From: an uncultured virus (IMG/VR IMGVR_UViG_3300037963_003337)
Lineage: Duplodnaviria > Heunggongvirae > Uroviricota > Caudoviricetes
Virus record (IMG/VR): IMGVR_UViG_3300037963_003337
DNA: 64,000 nucleotides
Direction: 5' to 3' (one strand)
The position numbers and the translations under genes are program-made. The notes beneath the pieces were generated by a model. It saw only the letters and a program-made list of their open reading frames with translations. It had not been told where the DNA came from and ran no database searches. The first letter of the stretch is position 1. Each line of letters opens with the position of its first letter. Below, piece after piece: positions 34,402 to 46,100 of the stretch.

Positions 34402-37400
34402 ATGGCATTAACACGACTTCAAAACATCATTTCATCAGTTGAAGGTAGAATCCTTTACGTCAATCCTGATGACTTTGATGCAACAGATGCAATTGATAAT
34501 AAAGGCAATTCGCCTATCAGACCTTTCAAGACAATTGCACGTGCAGTTCTTGAAGTAGCAAGATATTCTTATGTCAGTGCGGGTAACGCTGATGATAAGT
34601 TTGACCAATTTACAATTCTTCTTTACCCTGGTGATCACATTGTTGACAACCGTCCTGGTTCTTATGCATATAAGTTAGATGGTAGTAATAATATCGTTCC
34701 TAACGTAAATACTCAGTTTACTGAACTTGCTTCTGAAGGTAACCTTGGATGGAGTAATTCTACTAAACAGTATGGAGAATTATTCAAGATCGTCAACTCA
34801 ACTAGAGGTGGTCTGATTATCCCTAGGGGTGTATCTATTATTGGTCTTGATCTTAGAAAAACAAAACTCAGACCTAAGTATATTCCTGGTGGTGGTAATA
34901 ATACTGCAGCAACTAGCGTTGAAGTTAACTTTGATGTAAATACAACCAACAGAACACAGATTACAATTAACAGTACATCAGGTGGTGACACTGGTACAGT
35001 TAATGACATCTATGTTGGTGCAGAGTTTAGAACAGGTATTCAAGATGCTAATGGTAACAACCTGATTGAACCTGGTACAACAGTTACTTCATTTGAAACT
35101 TCTCTTGGTGGTCAGACATTTAATGTCAATATTTCTAAACCACACGCATATCAGTCAAATACTAGTGGTGTTCAAGGAACACTTAAAGTTCCTTTTGAGG
35201 ATGACAATACAAGAACTGCTCTCTTCAGAATTACTGGTGGATGTTATTTCTGGCAGTTTAGTATCTTTGATGGTGATCCTAATGGTGTATACAATGCAAG
35301 TCCAGTAGTACCTGTTGTTCATGATCCTAATGATGGTACTCAATGGGGAGATGTTGTATCTCCATTCTTTAGTCATACAAAACTGACTATTTTTGAATAT
35401 GCTTCACTGCATGATCTTCATGTATTCTATAGAAGAATCTCTGATGCAGTTACTCTTATTAACTCTGAAAAGATTGAACCTAAGATTCAAGAGAACAGAA
35501 TTGTTGGTCCTCTTGCCGATAGTGTTCAGATAACAAAGGTACAAAGAAATGCAACAACAGTAACTGTAACTCTTGCAGAAGAGTTGAACCTTACTGCTGG
35601 AAACTTTGTTTCTATTAAAGGTGAGGGTAACTTCATTACAGGAAGTCCTAACACCAATGGATTCTACTCTGGTGAGAAGCAAGTATCTTCTGTCATTAGT
35701 AGAAGTGAGTTTACATATATTATCACCCCAACCGAAGCACAAGGTCTTGATGTATATGAGACAGATGCTGATGGTGATCCTATTAATGGAACTCAAATCA
35801 CCTATCAAGCAACTGTTGGTGCCAGTGCTAAGGTAGAGATTGAGATTGATACAGTAGAATCTGCATCTCCATACATCTTTAATATCTCACTGCGTTCTAC
35901 TTATGGAGCGTGTGGTATGCACGCTGATGGATCTAGGGCAACTGGATTCAAGTCAATGGTCGTAGCTCAATATACTGGAATCTCTCTTCAAAAAGAAGAT
36001 AGTGCATTCTATGTTTATGATTCTACTGCCAATCCCCCTGTATATGCTGCTGCTGGACAAGGTGGTCACACAAATATCAATTCGATCTATAAACCAGAGG
36101 CAAGAAGTTTCCACGTCAAAGCATCTAACCGTGCTGTAATTCAGGCAGTTTCTGTCTTCGCCGTTGGTTTTGCTGATCACTTCATCGCTGAAGATGGGGG
36201 TGACATGAGCATCACCAACTCGAACTCCAACTTTGGTTCAAATTCGATGAGATCCATCGGATTTAGTGATGTTGCATTTAATAAAGATGCTCTTGGTGAG
36301 ATTACACATATCATTCCACCAAGAAATATTGAATCTGCACCTACTAATATTTACTGGGAATCTCTTGATGCTGTAAAAACACAACAAGCAGCAAGTAACA
36401 CTAGATTATACATCAACGGAAGAACATCAGAACTTGAAATTAGTGCCCCTGGTAGTTTGTTTACTGGTGGTAACTATGAAGCACGTTTAAATGGTGTTGC
36501 ACTTGGTAAAAATCTTACAGTCACCGTTCAAAATGGTGAAGTTGTAACTGCAACATTCCAAAACCAAGATTATGGTAATCTCCAACCTGGAGATAAAGTA
36601 ACTATTGAATCTCCTACCACAGGTGGTCTTCCTGCTGAAATCACTGTTGGTGGATCGTTAACCTCAAATGCAGGTGAGTTTAGGATTGGATATAAATCAC
36701 TTGACAAGAATGGTGCTGCTGAGAATGAACTTCTATATGTTCCTCTGTTTGAACTTGCTGGATCTACTGAGCAAACCGTTCAATCAGCACGTATCGATAA
36801 GGATGCAACTACACAAAGAGTATTTGAATATGACTATACTCTCAACAACTGGTATATCAGAGTAAGTAGTTCCTTTAATGATATCTACAGTGTATTATCT
36901 ACTAATACTACGAGATATGGTCCTTCACTAATTACAAACACACCTACCTCTTATATTACCAGATTGGTAGATGAGAGAATTGATGATGATAAAATCTTTA
37001 GATTGCGTTATGTTACCCGTCGTGGAGATGACGGCACTCTTCCATCATTCCCTCAAGCAGGTTATGTTATCCAACCTAAGAAGGGTCAGGTAAGAGGTAT
37101 TGGTGATAGATTTACTGATGCTGCAAACCTGTTACTCCTGAATAAGGAGACCATGGCAACAGATGTTGTAAGTAGATATAAGACATACGTTGGTGGTGGA
37201 CAACTCCCTAATACAGACGCTGATGCAACTGCAAGTTGTGAAGAGGATATTATTAAAATTATTGAAACTGTTGCATATGACCTGAGATATGGTGGTAACG
37301 CTAGAACTTATGATGGTGCAGCATACTATGCTGTAGGTGGTCTTGCTGCTGGTGCAACAGGTATTCAGGGCGAGAGAGATGAAACTGTAGCAATTATTAA

Positions 37401-39705
37401 CTCTGTTTCTGCACTGAATGGTGGATCTGACTTGTTTGATGGTCTTAAGGTGATGTTTAACAACGTCATTAATAATGGCGTTACTGGAACAGATGCAAAT
37501 GGTATTGCTGTTAATGCTCAAGTTTGGGGTAATTCACCAGGAAACTTGACTCCTGAGTATATTACTGGTGAAGAGCAGTTAACAAACACAACTGGTGGTT
37601 GTACTAATGTTGTTAGTGCTGCAAATACTCTGTTAAACATCTATACTACAGCACTTGGTAGTGATGCAACTCCAGGTACTCTTGGTAGTGTTACTAGAGT
37701 AACTTATGATTCTGCTAGACCATCTGAGCAAGAAGGTTCTGACTTCTTTAACATTTACGATAGAATTTCTGGTCAAGAGTACAATGAAGTATACTACATC
37801 TATGAAGTAGAAGAAGAGCAAGCATTCGCTTATGATTCTGTTAATCAAATTGAAACTCCTGGAATCTACTACTTGACAGTTCTGAAAGGATCTGTTTATA
37901 TCAATGGTAGTCCAAGTGAAAGTGATGCTGTTCTTGCAAACAATACATTCAGATTTAGTCAAGAGATTGATGATCTGTATCCACAAATTGATATTGATAA
38001 TGTCGTTAGTGATCCTATCATTGCAAAGAGTATTGCTGATCCACAAATAATTGGTCGTGTTAAAACTCAAGATGGTACAAATTCCAATTATAATATTCCA
38101 GTTGATAGAACATTTAGTATTACTAAAGAATCTCTGGCGTATTTCTTTGATGAGTATCTTAATAATGAAGTAGAATGGGATTGGGATGGTGTTGGTGACA
38201 ATACTGTTACTCATAGAAGAATTGAAAACCCAACTGATGGAACTAGTAATGGTGTTTCTCTCACCACGTTATCTTCAAGAAGTGGTGATACAGAAGTAAG
38301 AAAGATTGATCTTAATCCTGGTGAATCTGGTTGGAAAATTGAAGTAGAACTTCGTAGACCATCTACTATCAGATCTGGTAACCATACGTTTGAATATGTT
38401 GGTTTCGGTCCTGGTAACTACTCAACTGCGTTCCCAATTAGACAGACCAAAGTTCTTACAGCAGAAGAGCAGAAGTACTCACAGTCACTTAAGGAAGCAG
38501 GTGGTATTGCATTCTATTCTGGTCTTAACTCTAACGGTGACCTTTACATTGGTAATACAGTTATTAACGCTGTTACTGGTAAGACCACCAATAATGAAAT
38601 TAATGAACTAACAACTCTTACTATCAGAAATAATCTGAATGTACTTGGTGGAACTGGAAACAGCATTGCGTCTAACTTCCAGGGACCAATTAACTTTATT
38701 GGTAATGTTAATGCTGATGGTGGAGAATATGTATTCTCTAATATCCAGTTAAGAAACTCTGCTGGATTTATTTCTAAGTTTACTAACGGAACTGTAGCAA
38801 ATCTTCCAACAACAGATCTTACAAAGAGTGACATTCAATTTAATTTGAATCCAGTTGATGGTGGATCTGTTGGTCACGTATATTCTGATGATAATGAGTG
38901 GAGACCATTTGGTCTGATTGGAACTGAAGATTTACATGTTTATAAGAGCACTAATGCTAATAGTGGACATGTTCTGAATGTTGGTAATGCTATCGGTACT
39001 GCTGGCACTCAATATAACGATAACTTTGATCTTGATGTAACTGGTCGTCAAAGAATTTCAGAATGTCTTGTTATTGGAAATACTGTTAGTGATAGTAACT
39101 TTGAAGGTTTAATCTCTGACTCTGGTCATAAAGGATCTCTGCTCTTGAATCCAGATTGGACCGCTGAGTCCAATGTTGATAAGTTTGGTATGGTTATCAA
39201 ACTGCAGAATCAAGGTAATGGTAAATATGTTGATTTTAGAAGTGCAACTGGAACATCTCAATTCAATGTTGATCAAGATGGTAATGTAAGTATTCCAGCA
39301 AATGCTAGTTATGGTAATGCTTCTAAAGCATGGTCAGTAACTTTGACAGTGGTAGCAAGTGGAGTTACTGCTGGAACTAATAATATTATCTTTAGTCCAA
39401 CAGGTGGAAACTTCTTCCAGAGTAATCCAATTAATCAGTATCAAGGTACTTCTATCTTAGGAAGTCAGCATACTCCTGCAGGATTTGTTTGGGTATCTAA
39501 TGATCCTCTTGACTCAAAGATCTTCTATGGTTCTCCTGGAGAGTTGGGTCAGTATAAAGGTAAATCTAATTCTGTAATGATTTTTGTTAATGGTGTTATG
39601 CAAGATCCATTTGTTGACTCTCACCTTGCCTCTAATGGACTGCTATATTTTACTGGACAACCACAACCAGGAGACACTATTACTATTCGTGGTTTCGCTA
39701 CGTAA
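34402..39705 (+). CDS. Large virion structural / fibre protein (1767 aa)
   Basis: ILYVNP...GNSPIRPFKTIARA N-terminus, beta-helix-like segments, C-terminal VFVNGV.Q.P-type module. Confidence 0.75.
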   Translation: MALTRLQNIISSVEGRILYVNPDDFDATDAIDNKGNSPIRPFKTIARAVLEVARYSYVSAGNADDKFDQFTILLYPGDHIVDNRPGSYAYKLDGSNNIVPNVNTQFTELASEGNLGWSNSTKQYGELFKIVNSTRGGLIIPRGVSIIGLDLRKTKLRPKYIPGGGNNTAATSVEVNFDVNTTNRTQITINSTSGGDTGTVNDIYVGAEFRTGIQDANGNNLIEPGTTVTSFETSLGGQTFNVNISKPHAYQSNTSGVQGTLKVPFEDDNTRTALFRITGGCYFWQFSIFDGDPNGVYNASPVVPVVHDPNDGTQWGDVVSPFFSHTKLTIFEYASLHDLHVFYRRISDAVTLINSEKIEPKIQENRIVGPLADSVQITKVQRNATTVTVTLAEELNLTAGNFVSIKGEGNFITGSPNTNGFYSGEKQVSSVISRSEFTYIITPTEAQGLDVYETDADGDPINGTQITYQATVGASAKVEIEIDTVESASPYIFNISLRSTYGACGMHADGSRATGFKSMVVAQYTGISLQKEDSAFYVYDSTANPPVYAAAGQGGHTNINSIYKPEARSFHVKASNRAVIQAVSVFAVGFADHFIAEDGGDMSITNSNSNFGSNSMRSIGFSDVAFNKDALGEITHIIPPRNIESAPTNIYWESLDAVKTQQAASNTRLYINGRTSELEISAPGSLFTGGNYEARLNGVALGKNLTVTVQNGEVVTATFQNQDYGNLQPGDKVTIESPTTGGLPAEITVGGSLTSNAGEFRIGYKSLDKNGAAENELLYVPLFELAGSTEQTVQSARIDKDATTQRVFEYDYTLNNWYIRVSSSFNDIYSVLSTNTTRYGPSLITNTPTSYITRLVDERIDDDKIFRLRYVTRRGDDGTLPSFPQAGYVIQPKKGQVRGIGDRFTDAANLLLLNKETMATDVVSRYKTYVGGGQLPNTDADATASCEEDIIKIIETVAYDLRYGGNARTYDGAAYYAVGGLAAGATGIQGERDETVAIINSVSALNGGSDLFDGLKVMFNNVINNGVTGTDANGIAVNAQVWGNSPGNLTPEYITGEEQLTNTTGGCTNVVSAANTLLNIYTTALGSDATPGTLGSVTRVTYDSARPSEQEGSDFFNIYDRISGQEYNEVYYIYEVEEEQAFAYDSVNQIETPGIYYLTVLKGSVYINGSPSESDAVLANNTFRFSQEIDDLYPQIDIDNVVSDPIIAKSIADPQIIGRVKTQDGTNSNYNIPVDRTFSITKESLAYFFDEYLNNEVEWDWDGVGDNTVTHRRIENPTDGTSNGVSLTTLSSRSGDTEVRKIDLNPGESGWKIEVELRRPSTIRSGNHTFEYVGFGPGNYSTAFPIRQTKVLTAEEQKYSQSLKEAGGIAFYSGLNSNGDLYIGNTVINAVTGKTTNNEINELTTLTIRNNLNVLGGTGNSIASNFQGPINFIGNVNADGGEYVFSNIQLRNSAGFISKFTNGTVANLPTTDLTKSDIQFNLNPVDGGSVGHVYSDDNEWRPFGLIGTEDLHVYKSTNANSGHVLNVGNAIGTAGTQYNDNFDLDVTGRQRISECLVIGNTVSDSNFEGLISDSGHKGSLLLNPDWTAESNVDKFGMVIKLQNQGNGKYVDFRSATGTSQFNVDQDGNVSIPANASYGNASKAWSVTLTVVASGVTAGTNNIIFSPTGGNFFQSNPINQYQGTSILGSQHTPAGFVWVSNDPLDSKIFYGSPGELGQYKGKSNSVMIFVNGVMQDPFVDSHLASNGLLYFTGQPQPGDTITIRGFAT

Positions 39706-39735
39706 TAAATAAAATATAGGGAAAAACCAAAGTAA

Positions 39736-42700
39736 ATGGCATTAACCAGAATTACATCAAATGTTATCAAAGATAACACGATTGAAGAAGGTAAGTTTAA
39801 CAAACCTTACCTTGATTCTTCTAATGCAGATACGGCGCAGCAGGCGATTACATTTCAATCTGATTTAACCATTCAGGTTGGTGCAGGTCCAACATATTTC
39901 TCTGCTAGTAATAACTTAGTAACTTTAACTGGAACTAATTCAGCATCTGCAATTCTAAGTTTATCTGTTGGTGGATTAAGTTTAGGTGATGGTGACATCA
40001 ATCTAACAGGTACTCATAAAGTACAATCACCTTTTTTAGATGTTGGTAATGGGACAAGCACCACACCTGGATTATTTTTCGGGGGCGAGACCAGCACAGG
40101 TTTCTATAGGACTACAACTCCTACAGAATCTGTAAATCTTGCTCTACAGGGATCTGATCTTTTATCATTACAACCAACAGAATTTAAGTTTGGTACTAAC
40201 AATCTTCAGATTCTTACTAACGCTGCTAATACATACACACAACTTGCTGGGTATGACACGGCGAGTGGTGCAATTGAGTTTGGTGGTGCCAATGAAAGTG
40301 TAGAGATCAAGGTAAAGAATGCCACAGTAATTGATGTAAGATCTGAAGATGCTCTTGGTAATTCGTATACCAACAATGAGAATCGTGTTGGTATCAATAC
40401 CCAGGCACCAGCAGCGACTCTGGATGTTAATGGAACAATTAGAGCAACTAGTTTCCAGGGACCAAGTGGTGCTATTTCAGCAGATGATCTTCCTGTAATT
40501 CCAATTAATAAAGGTGGTACTAATACCACAACGATTGGTACACCAACTCAACTTCTTCGTGTTAATGAGAATGGTGATGGTTTTGAATACTTTGACCAGT
40601 CAACTGGTGACCCTAACAATTTAAAATCTTTTGGTGTTGCTGGTGATGGTAATATCTATACTGTAACCACTAGAGATAATAATGCTGGTCAAGTTCGCTT
40701 AAAAGTTTCAGATGCAGCAACCTTTGTTGTTGATCATGAGGTTAAGGTATTTGGTATTAATACAACAAACTATAACGCATATGATGTAGATGGTGGTAGT
40801 GGAACTTTCTTTGATAACTGGAGTAGTGACATTGATGGAGAATCGCTGAATTTAATTGCAGCACAGGGTCCATCTGGAGGAACAGTTCAATATACTTATT
40901 ATGCTTGCTTGATGAATACTGTTACTGGTGTCATCTCTACTCCTAAGAAACTTAAGCATAGTGGACCTCAAACTCAAGAGTATGTTGTAAATTATCCATT
41001 AGGCACTTTCAACGATCAGATTTACAACTCTGTTCCTCTTAGGAGACCAGTTACTGGTGCTAATCATGCAATTCTTCTGTATAGGTACGTCAATTATGGA
41101 AGCACTAACGTTCCTGAATATGATAGGAATGAAACTTTAATTCCTAATCATAACGATAATGTCAATCTGATTGCAATTATTGGCAATAGAGATATTGGTG
41201 CTGTTACAACTTCTCAGTGGGTATACAACGATTACGGTCCATACCAAAGAACGAGTTGGGGTGATTTCAATACAGATGGAACATATAATCAAAATTTCCA
41301 GAAAGTAGGCAACATTCCTTGCTCACTCCCGATTTCAAATATTACTCAGAGAAAAGCACGTCCAGGTTGGGCATATAGAACTGTTACTGCTGTAGATTAT
41401 GTAAATGATAAGATTACCATTTCTAATCCTGCTTCCAATCAAAGTCCAACAACTGACACTACAGACACTGCAGTTCTTTCGTCATTAGATTTAAATGGAT
41501 TTGATGGAAACAATAAAGGATTCTTTAATTCTGTTCAAATCTGTCATGATGACACAGTTCCTTTACAAACTGCAATTGACCAGCAAGAATCTCTAGGATT
41601 GAATTCTCTTTATGTTATTGGTGGAACATATTTAGTGAGAAGATTAAATATTCCTGCCGATTTCTCATTCCTTGGATCTGGTAAAGCAACAATTATTAAA
41701 AAACAATTCTTTGATACAGAGTATCAGAAAACTGCTGGTGCTGTAGAATTTTCAAGATTCTATTGCTCACTGTTCTTGAGAGATCCTGGTTCATCTGTTA
41801 GTGTTTCACAACCAATTAAAAATGTTACTGTAAGAGATATGGTTATCGATGGTAACTATAACTCTCAGACAAGATTGGGACTTAACACTACACCTCAAGC
41901 AAACGCTTTGATTTACTGTGAAGATATTGAGAATGCAAGTTTTTCTAGTTTAGATGTTAAGAACTCTGTTGGTGATGGCATCTATGCTAAAGGTGCAAAG
42001 AGAATGTCATTACAAAATTGCACTGTATTTGACAACTCAATTACATATCTTACCTTTGATAATCCGTTACAAGCAACAAATGCAGAGGTATTAAGAGCAT
42101 CCAACTGTGCATTCCTTGCAACCCCTGGTCCAGTTGATATCACAACGTCAGAAGTTGTTGCATTTAACTCATGTATTATTAGAAATTGTGGAACTGGAAT
42201 TAGAATCTATGGTGCTAGAAGTGCAAACACTGAAAACAACTTAGTTCTTGGTCCAGATGATGAATGGATTCCAACTGAGGATATTTACGATAGTGATTAT
42301 AACTCAGTAAATATCACTGTTGATAAAACAACTGGTACAGGAACTGGTGGAGACGTTAAGTTTACCTTTGTTGAAGATAACCTCGCAAAGGATATGACTA
42401 ATACAACCGTATCTGCTAAGGTTTATAAGATCATTGTTGATACTAATGGTAATGAAACTATTGTAGGTGAGGTTACTTATAGACAGGATGGACTTCCAAC
42501 TAATCCAGAGATTTCTGTTCTTTCTTCGAGTGTTTTTGATGCAGAAAATGGTGGAGTTCAAATTAAGGTTGTATCTGGAATTGATGCACAAGGAAATTAT
42601 GAGATCTTCCCAGCAACTAATACACAAGCAGTTCATTCTATTCCATATAGAACGACACTGACTGCTGGAACTATTAACACTAATTACAATTATCTTGCAT

Positions 42701-43101
42701 ATAGTGTTGTTGGTCAAGAATCATTAGCAATTGGATCTGCTGATGAATATATCATTGATGGTGTAATTGGATACAATTCAACCAAGCAACAATATGAAAT
42801 TAAGATTGACACTGAAAATGTTTCTGACTTTGCCGTTGGTGACATTGTTACTCTTAAAGAACATAACACAGGATATTCGTTACCAGCGAATCTAACTGTT
42901 ACTGACTTTGGGTTTGCTCAACAGTCATTTACATTAATCCTATCATTTACTGGAGGATTTAATTCTTATCATGATCAATTGAATAGTTCCAATGGTTGGG
43001 ATAGTCAGGCACAAACTTTGAGTGTTGACGCTACCGCCAGAGGATATATAGAAAAGAAAAGATCATTCACAATCGCAAAAGGTATCATCGGAGTCGTTTA
43101 A
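39736..43101 (+). CDS. Tail fibre/spike protein with pectate-lyase-like beta-helix
   Basis: MALTRI, RVGINT.AP..TLDVNG, DDT.PLQ.AID...GGTYLV...NVTVRDMVIDGN; ATAAATA at 39705-39711. Confidence 0.75.
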   Translation: MALTRITSNVIKDNTIEEGKFNKPYLDSSNADTAQQAITFQSDLTIQVGAGPTYFSASNNLVTLTGTNSASAILSLSVGGLSLGDGDINLTGTHKVQSPFLDVGNGTSTTPGLFFGGETSTGFYRTTTPTESVNLALQGSDLLSLQPTEFKFGTNNLQILTNAANTYTQLAGYDTASGAIEFGGANESVEIKVKNATVIDVRSEDALGNSYTNNENRVGINTQAPAATLDVNGTIRATSFQGPSGAISADDLPVIPINKGGTNTTTIGTPTQLLRVNENGDGFEYFDQSTGDPNNLKSFGVAGDGNIYTVTTRDNNAGQVRLKVSDAATFVVDHEVKVFGINTTNYNAYDVDGGSGTFFDNWSSDIDGESLNLIAAQGPSGGTVQYTYYACLMNTVTGVISTPKKLKHSGPQTQEYVVNYPLGTFNDQIYNSVPLRRPVTGANHAILLYRYVNYGSTNVPEYDRNETLIPNHNDNVNLIAIIGNRDIGAVTTSQWVYNDYGPYQRTSWGDFNTDGTYNQNFQKVGNIPCSLPISNITQRKARPGWAYRTVTAVDYVNDKITISNPASNQSPTTDTTDTAVLSSLDLNGFDGNNKGFFNSVQICHDDTVPLQTAIDQQESLGLNSLYVIGGTYLVRRLNIPADFSFLGSGKATIIKKQFFDTEYQKTAGAVEFSRFYCSLFLRDPGSSVSVSQPIKNVTVRDMVIDGNYNSQTRLGLNTTPQANALIYCEDIENASFSSLDVKNSVGDGIYAKGAKRMSLQNCTVFDNSITYLTFDNPLQATNAEVLRASNCAFLATPGPVDITTSEVVAFNSCIIRNCGTGIRIYGARSANTENNLVLGPDDEWIPTEDIYDSDYNSVNITVDKTTGTGTGGDVKFTFVEDNLAKDMTNTTVSAKVYKIIVDTNGNETIVGEVTYRQDGLPTNPEISVLSSSVFDAENGGVQIKVVSGIDAQGNYEIFPATNTQAVHSIPYRTTLTAGTINTNYNYLAYSVVGQESLAIGSADEYIIDGVIGYNSTKQQYEIKIDTENVSDFAVGDIVTLKEHNTGYSLPANLTVTDFGFAQQSFTLILSFTGGFNSYHDQLNSSNGWDSQAQTLSVDATARGYIEKKRSFTIAKGIIGVV

Positions 43102-43104
43102 TCC

Positions 43105-46100
43105 ATGCCATCAAATACTAATGTAAACAATAACTCTGCCGTTGTTGTTGTCGGCAGAACTGCTCCAGTACCAACTGGTCAGCAATCAGCGGCAAAATCA
43201 ATTCCAGTCGTTGTCGCCTCTGACCAGGAAGCGATTCCAGTTGAGGAACAGAATAAGCAACAATCGGAAGTTGCCCTATCTCTGCTTGGTATTCCTAGAT
43301 CAGAAGTTGCTCTGGGTATCTTTGCAGACGTTAACACCTATGATGTTAACCCATCTGAATGGTCAGCAGAACCAGTTCAGTTAAGAACTGTCTTAGCAAA
43401 TGAGCGTGATGATTTTACTGGATTCCTTGGTGATCAGGATTGGGGATTAAGTCATGTGCCTGCAGAAGCAGGAGCACTTATTGAAGCACCTGCTACTGAG
43501 TTTGCAGTCCTTACCTCAAAGAGATTCTTCAGATATCAACCAGGTCGTGTATCTGCTGGTACGTTTGGTGTTAAGTTTGGTCGTTCTCCGATCACTTCAA
43601 TTACATCAAATGGTGATTTTCCAACTGGAACTAACCAGCAAGATTATATGCTGTCCATTAAGGATCACCAGGTACGTCACCCATCAATTAAGAAGTATGG
43701 TGTATTTGATAACTTTGATGGTTACTACTATGAGAGTATTAACGAAAGTATTGGTGATAACTTCTGCTGTGTAAGAAGAACACAATCACTGATTCAACAG
43801 AAGTCACAATACTTCTTCTTCGATCCTAATAATCCAAACAATCCTAAGCAATATGCAGACAAACAGTATGATGACTATGGTAACTTTGAGATCCCAGGTA
43901 TTTACTACAAGTATCATGGAGATTCTGTTATCCTGCGTGATGGATTAGTTAATATCCATGCAGGTCTGTTTGATCCTTCTCTCCTCAAAGAAAAGAGAGA
44001 GATTGATATTGCACAAATCAATGGTAATACTAGCGGTGGAGAAATTATTCTCGACACTGTTGAGTATGACATCGCTGATTTTACTTACAATAATGTAACT
44101 GGTAGAGCAACTGTTACTACTGTTGGTGATCATGGATTTAAAGATGGTGATAGTGTTACTCTGAAAGACATTATGCTTTCATGTAATACTGGTCAGAAAT
44201 TATATCCTAATAAGTATTCTAGAAAGCACTTCAAAGTAGAAAGTGTATCCAGTAATGAAATTGTTGTTCATGTTGGTATCTCCAACTTTGATGGTCAAGG
44301 TCCATTCACATCTGATGCAGGTCTTTCTGGAGGAAAGGTAGAGCAAACATCTGTTACTGAAACAACACTTACTCTTGAGGATGTATCTAAGGTTGTAAAT
44401 TCTGGTGGATCAGCTGGATCTGATGTTGTACAACTCCAACTCACATTTGATGGAGATCATGGAGTAATAGAAGGTGATTATATTCGTCTTAATGATATTA
44501 ACTGGGACAATGGTGGATCTCCTTTAGAATGGCCACAAGCATCAAATACTAATCACCAACACATCTTCCAAGTAAGAAGAGTTATTAACAGCGAACAACT
44601 TGTAATTCTTATTGGTGATGCAGCATTCTCAGGTCTTCCTGACGCTGCTACCTTTGACAATGTTACTGGTGCTGTTGCAACCAGAATTAATAGCAGAGTT
44701 TATGCAAGTGCAAATAGTATCAATGCTGTAAGTTATGTACCTGCAACAGGTAAAATGACTATTAACTTTGGTAGTAACGCTGCTGCTCTTGGTTATGTAA
44801 CAGGTCAAACCATTCGCATTTCAGATATTGAAACTTCATGTAGTTATAACAAGGCACAAGGAGCAGGGTCTCATACACTTGCAAAACCTTCTAAAACTTA
44901 TCCTGCTAAAGATGACGAAGATACTTTCCCAATTAGCAATGTTACTAGCAATAGTTTCACGTTTGAGTTGTTCCAATCAACCATCGTTCATACCTATCGA
45001 GGTGGTGGTAGAGTAACTAACTTAGGTCTTAGAAAGGGTTCCTCTGTATACTATTATAAGAATGGTCAAAACACTAATGGTGTTGATGGTGGTATTTACT
45101 ACGTCCATGATATTATTGGACCAAAAGTAAAACTCACACTATGTCCAACTAATGGTGATAATACTTCACCATTTAGTGCTTCTAAGTTAGTACCGTTTGA
45201 GTTCAATACTAATGCAAGTTCTGATAATTATAAGTTAACTCCAACCACTGGAACAACTTATGATGCAACCACTGGTATCATGTCGATTACGACAACTGCT
45301 GCTCATGGATTAGTAACTGGTGATAAAGTTAGATTTGATGATTTCTCATTAGGATTTACTTGTACTCTTGGTAGTGGGACTAAGTATTATCCAAGACCTA
45401 GTAACGCTAATCCTGCCGCTGGTCTGAGTCCTCTTGACCCACTGCAAGGTAAGAATATTGCTGTAACTGTTACTTCAACTACAACATTTGAAGTACAAGT
45501 TCTGGCAGTTGTCCCTTCTTCTAATACAACTGTACATACCTTCGTTTATGGTTCTACTGCTAGTATTACTGTAGAGAAGTCAAGACCTTATCTGATCACA
45601 CCAGCACCATTTATTCTTCCTGATACAGTTGATAATCAGTATAATGGTACATTTAACTCTGCTGAACCTGATGACTTTGATTCTTGGACACTGAATGTAT
45701 TCGGTGCATTCCCATATAGTTACACTTATGGTAACACAACGGTTGGTTACATCAAAACTGATGTTGCTGGATCAAGTCAACAGGATGCCTTACAACTTAA
45801 GAGTGAGATTGATTATGTAAATAATAATCTTCTGAAAGATTGGATTTACAACCATGTTAAACCAGAATACTGGAACGTATATGAGTACAGAGTACCACGT
45901 TCTAGATTCTCTGGTGAGAAGATTGATGGACAAGTTGATCAAGACGTTGTATACTCTGACGTAGTTTACTCTCAAGGATCTCAGAAGTTCCCTGGAGAAA
46001 ATGTTCTTGACTCTGCAACTGGTTCTGGATTAACAAGATCTTCCAATTGGAATCTTAATCCTGAAAACGTTACCATGTACAAGATTGAATTCTCATGGTA

